NCBI GenBank assembly: GCA_036795535.1
Contig: DAIREN010000004.1
Coordinates: 1-50,489, forward strand
DNA from: Spirochaetota bacterium
GTDB taxonomy: Bacteria > Spirochaetota > JAGLSM01 > JAKPMW01
Length of the DNA stretch: 50,489 bases
Reading direction: 5' to 3'
A model generated the notes under the pieces. The model was not told the origin of the DNA and searched no databases. It saw only the letters and a list, made by a program, of their open reading frames with translations. Each line of letters opens with the position of its first letter. Position 1 is the stretch's first letter. The position numbers and the translations under genes are program-made. Below are positions 9,240 to 15,972 of the stretch, in pieces.

Positions 9240-9269
9240 AGTATAGCCCAATCGGATATTGGAACGCAA
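9240..9269 (-). promoter_or_regulatory. sigma70-like promoter candidate for PilZ-tal
   Basis: Reverse strand: TTGCGT (9269-9264), 18-nt spacer, TATACT (9245-9240), about 40 nt upstream of ATG 9200. Confidence 0.35.
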
Positions 9270-9401
9270 GATCCCTGACGCACCCCGGGCGGAAAAGAAG
9301 ACCGGCGACACGCCCCCTACAGGTCCTTCAGCTGCTCAGTTGCGGGTTTGCAGGGCGACTCCGGAAGCATCTACCGGGCCGTGCAGAACGGACGCCCACT
9401 C

Positions 9402-9722
9402 TCACTCCCGGGATTCCAGCATGGCCGATAACACATCGCGGACGGCACCGGCGGGGATCCCGCCATCCGGGGTATGCACCATGTACACCCGGCAACACTC
9501 CGCCCGCTCCCGGGACGGAAGCGGGAGACCCGCCGCATTCGGGCTTCCGGCGACCCAGGACTCTCGACGCCCGAACCTCCGGGTAATCCAGAAGACGGCC
9601 TGAGGATGGTCTTGCAGGTACCGCTCCGCGACCCTGGCCAGATCCAGGTCGGTAATCACCCTTCCGTCACCCGTTCGCGCCAATCCGGGAATGGCCTGAG
9701 GCTGTTCCCCATCATTCATCAT
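9402..9722 (-). CDS. hypothetical 106-aa protein translationally coupled to hydG
   Basis: The start ATG overlaps the hydG stop as ATGA (9722-9719). I recognise no motif. Coding status rests on the coupling and ORF length alone. Confidence 0.4.
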   Translation of the reverse strand: MMNDGEQPQAIPGLARTGDGRVITDLDLARVAERYLQDHPQAVFWITRRFGRRESWVAGSPNAAGLPLPSRERAECCRVYMVHTPDGGIPAGAVRDVLSAMLESRE

Positions 9723-11176
9723 ATGTAGAGATCCCGTTCACCATTCCGGATCCTGGCGAGAAGCTCGCGGGTATGGCGCTGCAGTTCCGGGGGGGTGATC
9801 CCGTCCAGTTCCCGTTCCACAAGCGCTGCCCCGACCGAACGTGTTTCCGGTGATGCGTAATCGAGAAGGTATTCCATGAAGGTGAGCACCGCATTCGGCC
9901 GGCACATATGCTGGATATGTCCCTTCTTGGCGATACACATGAACTGGCGGCCGGTGCGCCCCAAACGATAGTCGGCCGTGCAAAACGACGTGATCCGCCC
10001 GCGTGAGGCCAGCCAGCGGATTCCCTCATCCAGCGTCCGTGTATCGGACAGGACAAACTGTTGCCGAGCATGGTCTTCACGGGCCTGACTGTAGGCACCC
10101 ACCCCGATATTCGAACCGAAATCAAGTTGGGTGACACCCTGATCCAGGAGCCGTTCACGGACTGCGGCCGGCTCGCGACAGGTCAGGATCATCCCGGTAT
10201 AGGGAACCATCAGGCGAATGATCGCCACGATCCGGATAAAGGTTTCATCATCGATCTTCCACGCCGAGTTGTCGATCCATGGGGTATTGACGGCCGGTTC
10301 TATCCGAGGGAAAGAAATCGTGTGCGGCCCGACACCCCCGAACCTGTTTTCGAGATCGATCGTATGAGCCAAAAGCCCGAGGATCTCGAAGCGCCAGTCT
10401 GAAACCCCGAAGAGTGCCCCCATCCCGACATCATCGGCCCCGGCCTCGAGGGACCGGTGCAGGGCATAGAGCCGCCAGCGATAATTGGCCTTCAGACCGG
10501 ACGGGTGGATGTTGGCATAGGTCTTCCGGTCATAGGTCTCCTGGAACACCTGATACGTCCCAATCCCGACATCACGCAGAACCCGCAGTGAATCGACCGA
10601 GAGCGGCGCGGCATTCACATTGACACGGCGGATCTCTCCGTTCCCGGACTTGACACTGTAGGCAACCTTGATGGTTTGCGCAATATATTCGTAGTCGGAT
10701 TGCGGATGCTCCCCGTAGACCATGATCAGGCGTTTATGACCGGCCTCAACCAGCGCCTTGACCTCGGCCCGAATCTCCTCGTCGGTCAGTCGTTTTCTGG
10801 TGATCGCGCCGTTTTCGGTCCGATACCCGCAGTACTGGCAGTTGTTGACACAGAGATTGCTCACATACAACGGCGCAAAAGTGACGATCCGGTTTCCATA
10901 CACCGAGTTCTTGATCTCTCCGGCTGCCTTGAAAATCTCGTCCCAGATCCCGTGCTCCTTGGGAATGGCAACGAGTTGGGCCGCCTCATCAAGATCGAGA
11001 CGGGCCAGCGAACGGGCCTTGGCGATGATCTCGCGCACACGGCCTTCATCAAACCGGGTCTCTCCGATCAGCCTCGTAAAAAGATCGTCATCGACAAAAT
11101 CCCGGCCATTGACGAGATAGCGCTCGATCTCGTCCTCACGAACCACCTGATCCATCCACTCACGAACACCTGTCAT
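9719..11176 (-). CDS. hydG: radical SAM [FeFe]-hydrogenase maturase HydG-like (ThiH/HydG family)
   Basis: CVNNCQYC (CX3CX2C) radical SAM motif. ThiH/HydG-type core. A HydG-specific C-terminal extension ...SFCTADYRLGRTGRQFMCIAKKGHIQHMCRPNA. Adjacent to a TM1266-type regulator gene. ATG 11176 with GGGGGAG upstream. Confidence 0.8.
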   Translation of the reverse strand: MTGVREWMDQVVREDEIERYLVNGRDFVDDDLFTRLIGETRFDEGRVREIIAKARSLARLDLDEAAQLVAIPKEHGIWDEIFKAAGEIKNSVYGNRIVTFAPLYVSNLCVNNCQYCGYRTENGAITRKRLTDEEIRAEVKALVEAGHKRLIMVYGEHPQSDYEYIAQTIKVAYSVKSGNGEIRRVNVNAAPLSVDSLRVLRDVGIGTYQVFQETYDRKTYANIHPSGLKANYRWRLYALHRSLEAGADDVGMGALFGVSDWRFEILGLLAHTIDLENRFGGVGPHTISFPRIEPAVNTPWIDNSAWKIDDETFIRIVAIIRLMVPYTGMILTCREPAAVRERLLDQGVTQLDFGSNIGVGAYSQAREDHARQQFVLSDTRTLDEGIRWLASRGRITSFCTADYRLGRTGRQFMCIAKKGHIQHMCRPNAVLTFMEYLLDYASPETRSVGAALVERELDGITPPELQRHTRELLARIRNGERDLYI

Positions 11177-11244
11177 GTCATTCTCCCCCGTCCAAGGCTC
11201 CGGAATTTGTGAGACACGGCCGCAAGCTCTCTACCCAAAAACCC

Positions 11245-11487
11245 TCAAGCCTCTGGCTCGAACGTGACCCGTGAACTCGTCCCCGGCAACTTTCCGATCC
11301 GGCCTGACAGCACGTTGACGGCATCCAGATCTGCATCCAGAACCAGCACGATCACCGCAAGATCGCGGTCAACAAAGGGCAGACCAAGACGTCCGGCAAT
11401 GGAGCCACGAAATCGGGCAATCTCGGCATTGACCCGGGCACCATTTTGCCCGGGATCACGGATTATAATGGAAAGTGTTGCCAGCAT
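11245..11487 (-). CDS. TM1266-family putative iron-only hydrogenase system regulator (small ACT/NikR-C-like protein)
   Basis: 80-aa product MLATLSIIIRDPGQNGARVNAEIARFRGSIAGRLGLPFVDRDLAVIVLVLDADLDAVNVLSGRIGKLPG... matches the pattern I recall for the family usually found beside hydG/hydE. The internal ATG 11487 was chosen over the 11613 extension. Confidence 0.6.
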   Translation of the reverse strand: MLATLSIIIRDPGQNGARVNAEIARFRGSIAGRLGLPFVDRDLAVIVLVLDADLDAVNVLSGRIGKLPGTSSRVTFEPEA

Positions 11488-11613
11488 CACACGCACCCCG
11501 GGAAGAGAAAGGCATCCTCTCTCTTCAGGACTGTTTTTTGGCGCACGACGGCATGGAGTGCACACCGCAATGCATGTCTTAAGTATACACAATTTTCCGG
11601 CCTGAATCCTCAC

Positions 11614-11632
11614 CCCCGCGTTGCATCATTGA
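11614..11632. repeat. copy 1 of an exact 19-nt intergenic repeat ccccgcgttgcatcattga
   Basis: Identical 19-mer at 50434-50452 in the same orientation, with non-matching flanking bases. It lies between the hydG-regulator start (11487, -) and the GT2 gene (+), and overlaps the -35 of the promoter candidate at 11629. Confidence 0.9.
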
Positions 11633-11657
11633 CAGATTAATTGGAAAAGTCTAGACT
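11629..11657 (+). promoter_or_regulatory. sigma70-like promoter candidate for the glycosylation operon
   Basis: TTGACA (11629-11634), 17-nt spacer, TAGACT (11652-11657), about 42 nt upstream of GTG 11699. Confidence 0.45.
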
Positions 11658-11698
11658 GGAGAAACTGACAGAAATACTTGCACAAACCGAGGACACCC

Positions 11699-12664
11699 GT
11701 GATTTCTCTCCACACATCCATCATCATCCCCTGCTACAACGAAGAGCAGGTCATTGCCGAAACGTACCGGCGCGTCAAAGCCGTCATGAAAGAATTCAAA
11801 AAGTACGAGATCATCTTCATTGATGACGGAAGCCGTGACCAGACACGGACCATCCTCCGCAATCTCGCCCGGGCCGACAAAACGGTCCGCGTCCTGATGT
11901 TCTCCCGGAATTTCGGGCACCAGCCCGCTGTCACGGCCGGCATCCGCCACGCCTCCGGGGATGTCGCCATCATCATTGATGCCGACCTGCAGGACCCGCC
12001 GGAACTCTTCCCCGAGATGATCCGCATCCACCAGGAGCAGGGGGCCAATGTCGTCTTCGGCCATCGCACGAAGCGCAAGGGGGAGTCCTTTTTCAAGAAA
12101 ATCACGGCCAAACTTTTCTATCGCTCCCTCAACAGACTCTCGGAGGTCCCCCTTCCTCTGGATACGGGCGACTTCCGCCTGATCGATCGCAAGGTGATGG
12201 ACGCATTTTGCCAATTCGGAGAGAAAAACAAGTACATCCGCGGGATCATCAGCTGGCTCGGATTTGCACAGGCCCCGATCCACTATGTCCGCGAGGAACG
12301 CTTCGCCGGAGAGACCAAATACCCCTTCCGCAAGATGATCAAGTTTGCCACAACAGGTCTGCTCTACTTCACGAAAAAGCCGCTCAAACTGGCCATGCAC
12401 CTCGGCCTGTTCTGTGTCCTGGTCGGCTTGGGAATGGCCGCCTGGGTCATCTGGCTCCACCTCTCCGGAGACGCAAGTGTGGCCAAGGGTTGGCCATCCC
12501 AGCTCATCACCATCATCTTTTTCGGAGGCGTGCAGCTTTTAACAATTGGCGTCCTCGGCGGATACATCGGAAGTATCTTTGACGAGGTGAAAAACAGACC
12601 AGAGTACATCATCGGAGATGCCCTCAACTTCTCCGAAACCAAAACGAAAACAAAGAACAGGTAA
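11699..12664 (+). CDS. GT2 polyprenyl-phosphate glycosyltransferase (GtrB / Ppm1 / ArnC-like)
   Basis: IIIPCYNEE, FIDDGSRD, DADLQDPPE (DXD), then two C-terminal TM helices. GTG 11699 has GAGGA 5 nt upstream. The track start 11678 is TTG. Confidence 0.85.
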   Translation: MISLHTSIIIPCYNEEQVIAETYRRVKAVMKEFKKYEIIFIDDGSRDQTRTILRNLARADKTVRVLMFSRNFGHQPAVTAGIRHASGDVAIIIDADLQDPPELFPEMIRIHQEQGANVVFGHRTKRKGESFFKKITAKLFYRSLNRLSEVPLPLDTGDFRLIDRKVMDAFCQFGEKNKYIRGIISWLGFAQAPIHYVREERFAGETKYPFRKMIKFATTGLLYFTKKPLKLAMHLGLFCVLVGLGMAAWVIWLHLSGDASVAKGWPSQLITIIFFGGVQLLTIGVLGGYIGSIFDEVKNRPEYIIGDALNFSETKTKTKNR

Positions 12665-12671
12665 CGTCATC

Positions 12672-14192
12672 ATGCCATTCATGTTTACGCTCGCTGCAAA
12701 GCTACGGGCCATGGACAAGACCAACCGGTTTTCCGCTGCCCTGGTTGCCGTCTTCGTCCTGGCATCGGCCACGTTCATGATCAATTATCACCGGCCCTCG
12801 GGGATGTTTTGGGACGAGAATTATTATCTGACCGCGGTCCAGAAATACACGGACGGATATGTGTTTTTTGAGTCCCACCCGCCCCTGGGAAAACTCTTCA
12901 TGGCGCTCGGAGAAAATATCTTCAGCCGGAACGACCACCTGGACCGAAGCGCGTTTACCCTCACGGAAAAAATCGACTCGGTCCCCAAAGGCTATTCCTT
13001 TCTCGGAGTGCGGTTCTTCCCGGTCCTCTTCGCTGTCTTCGGAGCCTTGGTATTCTTCCTGATCCTTCACCGCCTCATCAAAAAACCCTTTTACGCCTTT
13101 GTCTTTTCAGGGTTTTACGTTTTTGAAAACGCGTTCATTCTCCATTCCCGGGGAGCCATGCTGGACAGCACCCAGCTCTTTTTCATCTTCTCTGCGATTG
13201 CCCTCTTCATTCGCTACACCGACGGGAAGGCCCCGGTCAAACTCCGCCACTATTTCGCGATGGCGTCCGTGGTCGGCTTGGCCATCATGGTCAAGGTCAA
13301 TGCCGCTTTTCTTCTGCTCCTCTTTCCGGTCCTGTTTCTCTATGAACACCGGGCTGCCATCAAGGAACGCTGGTTCCGGCAACGCAAGGCCTTTTGGCTG
13401 GATCTCCTCAAAAAATCGGCCGTTTCCGCGGGCGCAATCGCGCTGGTCACCTTTGTCGTTTTCATGATCCACTTCTCGCTTGGCGATCGCATTCCGGGCG
13501 GGCAAACCCAGAAGATCTCGCCTGAATACCGGTCAATCATCGCCCGCGGCGAAACCGGAAACCTGTTCAATTTCCCGATCATGTTCAAAGACTACCTGAA
13601 CTATATGTCGAGTTATCACGAGAATGTCCCCAAGTTCCGCAAGTACGATGAGGGTGACAACGGCAGCCGTCCGATCACGTGGCCATTCGGTGAAAAAAGC
13701 ATCCGCTACCGCTGGAACAAATCCGGTGGACAGGTCCAGTATCTCTACCTGCAGGGCAATCCTGTCATCTGGATCTCCGGGCTGATCGGTCTCGCCCTCG
13801 CCTTCGCCCTCATCTCGGGTCGTTTTGTCTTCAAACACAGGAGCGATGACCCCGAAAAGAACAGGCTCTTCTGGTACATCGCCTTCTTCTTCGGGCTCTA
13901 CGCGATCTACATGGCGATGATCATGCGAATTGACCGGGTGATGTATCTCTATCACTACTTCATTCCCCTGTTTTTCTCGCTCTTCCTTGCGGCACTCGTC
14001 TTTGCGTACATCTTCCGCGAGAAAATCGAGCAGAACAACCGTGTCCTGATCACGGCCTGCGGAATCTTCTTCATCGAAATCGTTGCGGTCTTCGTCTTCT
14101 TCATGCCGCTCACGTACTACTTCCCGCTTACAACCCGGGAATTCCTCCAGCGGACCTGGCTGGATATCTGGGAGTTGAAATATGTCCAGTAA
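12672..14192 (+). CDS. PMT-family (GT39-like, GT-C fold) lipid-carrier-dependent glycosyltransferase
   Basis: Polytopic membrane protein. Loop-1 FWDENYYL acidic motif. HPPLGKL. Periplasmic loop ...GSRPITWPFGEKSIRYRW...YLYLQGNPVIW, typical of bacterial dolichyl/polyprenyl-phosphate-mannose protein mannosyltransferases. ATG 12672 is 7 nt after the GT2 stop. Confidence 0.8.
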   Translation: MPFMFTLAAKLRAMDKTNRFSAALVAVFVLASATFMINYHRPSGMFWDENYYLTAVQKYTDGYVFFESHPPLGKLFMALGENIFSRNDHLDRSAFTLTEKIDSVPKGYSFLGVRFFPVLFAVFGALVFFLILHRLIKKPFYAFVFSGFYVFENAFILHSRGAMLDSTQLFFIFSAIALFIRYTDGKAPVKLRHYFAMASVVGLAIMVKVNAAFLLLLFPVLFLYEHRAAIKERWFRQRKAFWLDLLKKSAVSAGAIALVTFVVFMIHFSLGDRIPGGQTQKISPEYRSIIARGETGNLFNFPIMFKDYLNYMSSYHENVPKFRKYDEGDNGSRPITWPFGEKSIRYRWNKSGGQVQYLYLQGNPVIWISGLIGLALAFALISGRFVFKHRSDDPEKNRLFWYIAFFFGLYAIYMAMIMRIDRVMYLYHYFIPLFFSLFLAALVFAYIFREKIEQNNRVLITACGIFFIEIVAVFVFFMPLTYYFPLTTREFLQRTWLDIWELKYVQ

Positions 14193-14820
14193 CACAAAGA
14201 AATCCGAACAGACCGGTTTGGTCACGTTCCTGAAAATGGTCAACCCTCGCGATCCGGCCTGGATCTTTTTGGGGCTCACCTTGCTCGTCGGTATGGCGAT
14301 TGTCATCTCGATCGTCCCGCCAGGATTCTTGAGCTCGTCCGGGAAATTGATGAACGTCACCATCGAACATCAAAAGAAAGACATCGCCCACATCGACCAG
14401 ACCAGAGAAACCTTTGCGACCGATACCTTCTATATCGATACCATCGATTTCCCGGCCGGCAATACCCTCCGGCACGAAAAGCTCGGGGATTATGATTTTT
14501 CGAGAAACTTCTTCGTGCGGATCGAAGGCCAGATGGTTGTCAACACCCCCGGGGAGTACCGGATGATCGTTGCCTCCGATGACGGGTTCCGCCTCGAGAT
14601 CGATGGGCAGCGGATCAGCCAGCATACAAACGACCGCCCAATGGCGGAGACCGTCACCAATGTCCGGCTCGAAAAGGGAAAGCACTCCTTTGTGGTTTCT
14701 TGGTTCCAGGGCTTTGGCCAGCTCGGGCTCCGTGCCTGGTACGAGGGCACCTGCGGACGCAAGCTCTTCGGAGAATCCACGCCCTGCATCACCTTCGTCT
14801 CGACAGCAACAAAGGATTGA
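14182..14820 (+). CDS. single-pass membrane protein with an extracytoplasmic PA14 domain
   Basis: ATG 14182 with GGAG 7 nt upstream, overlapping the PMT gene end by 11 nt. TM helix AWIFLGLTLLVGMAIVISIV. PA14-like core FFVRIEGQMVVNTPGEYRMIVASDDGFRLEIDGQRI...GKHSFVVSWFQGFGQ. Confidence 0.7.
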   Translation: MSSNTKKSEQTGLVTFLKMVNPRDPAWIFLGLTLLVGMAIVISIVPPGFLSSSGKLMNVTIEHQKKDIAHIDQTRETFATDTFYIDTIDFPAGNTLRHEKLGDYDFSRNFFVRIEGQMVVNTPGEYRMIVASDDGFRLEIDGQRISQHTNDRPMAETVTNVRLEKGKHSFVVSWFQGFGQLGLRAWYEGTCGRKLFGESTPCITFVSTATKD

Positions 14821-14822
14821 GG

Positions 14823-15242
14823 ATGGGCCTCCTTGGTGGGAATTGTCGCAGCGAGATCGGAAAGCTCATCCGCTTCGGGGCCGTGGGTGTCCTGAACACG
14901 GCCATCGGTCTTGGCACAATCTATCTCTTACAGATCGGACTTGATCAGGATTATCGCTTCGCCAGTGCCGTCGGGTACACACTCGGGATCATCAACAGCT
15001 TTGTCCTCAACCGGATCTGGACGTTCAAAAGCAGCGATTCCCGGGTAGCCCGACAGGGTGCCCGCTTCCTCCTCTCGGCTGGTGCCTGCTGGCTGGTCCA
15101 GCTGGGGTTTCTGGTCGTAATGGTTGAAGGCCTGCACATCCACGAAAACGCGGCACAGCCCATCGGGATGGTGATCTATACCGGCTTGAACTATCTCGCC
15201 AACAGGCTCTTTGTCTTCAGGGGACCGGACCGGCAAGCGTAA
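14823..15242 (+). CDS. GtrA-family membrane protein (putative lipid-linked sugar flippase)
   Basis: ATG 14823 is 2 nt after the PA14 stop. 139 aa with 4 predicted TM helices. IRFGAVGVLNTAIGLGTIYLL ... NRIWTF ... NYLANRLFVF, typical of GtrA. Confidence 0.8.
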   Translation: MGLLGGNCRSEIGKLIRFGAVGVLNTAIGLGTIYLLQIGLDQDYRFASAVGYTLGIINSFVLNRIWTFKSSDSRVARQGARFLLSAGACWLVQLGFLVVMVEGLHIHENAAQPIGMVIYTGLNYLANRLFVFRGPDRQA

Positions 15243-15267
15243 GGCAAGTGTGTATCCCCGAGACATA

Positions 15268-15300
15268 ACGAGACCCGGCAAACTTGCCGGGTCTCGTTTT
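15268..15300 (+). terminator. rho-independent terminator after the glycosylation operon
   Basis: acgagacccggcaa (15268-15281) pairs with ttgccgggtctcgt (15284-15297), followed by TTT(T)CT. Located between convergent genes. Confidence 0.6.
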
Positions 15301-15326
15301 CTCAAAAGCAATTGTGCTGCGGACAA

Positions 15327-15863
15327 TTATTTTTTGACAGCCACCAGCCTGAAAACCTGGTTCTCGGGTTTGACTGTCAGCGGCTCGAACTGGACCAGCG
15401 GGCCCCCTTTTTCCGTACTGACGCCAAACACGGTCAACATCTTCCCGCTATGGAGAGCCTGCATCGTGTAGCCGCCATCCCCCTTTTTCAAGATCCAGAT
15501 CTGGTTGCTCGCGACACTTCCATTGTCATTCCACTGGACAACAGCGGCGTTGTTGTTGGTCGAATTCCCCTGGACATCGAGGCAGAGTTTGCTCAGTTCG
15601 GAGACAATCTTCCACTGTCCATCCTGACCTGATTTGATGAACTTCCAAACCTGATTTGAACTCGGCTTGTCCTTGCTGTTGATCGTCCACTGGACAATCT
15701 GCTTCCCCGGCTCACTGCTCGCAGCAGGAACATCCAGCGCCATTCCGCTCGCCTTGGAAACAATCATGAAACGGCCATCCGCGACAGGATCCGCACTCCC
15801 CGCACCGCAAGAGACCAAAAAAACCACCAACACACAGAGTCCCGCCAATACCAGCTTGTTCAT
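15327..15863 (-). CDS. lipoprotein with a ricin B-type (beta-trefoil) lectin domain
   Basis: ATG 15863 preceded by GGAGGAG. Lipobox FLVSCGAG. Three QxW-like repeats (QVWKF, QIWIL, QVFRL) and QW motifs (VQWT, VQWN). Confidence 0.75.
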   Translation of the reverse strand: MNKLVLAGLCVLVVFLVSCGAGSADPVADGRFMIVSKASGMALDVPAASSEPGKQIVQWTINSKDKPSSNQVWKFIKSGQDGQWKIVSELSKLCLDVQGNSTNNNAAVVQWNDNGSVASNQIWILKKGDGGYTMQALHSGKMLTVFGVSTEKGGPLVQFEPLTVKPENQVFRLVAVKK

Positions 15864-15972
15864 CCGCACTCCTCCATACGTACATGCAGACACGATCCAA
15901 ACCGCACGCATGTTTATATACAAATCGGCCAGTCTTTAGTGGACTGACCGCTTTAAAAACCTTCAGTAAAAG

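Noticed and set aside
11641-11823. 60-aa + ORF overlapping the GT2 gene start
   Set aside because: It starts at TTG inside the promoter candidate, is out of frame with the GT2 gene, and has no SD.
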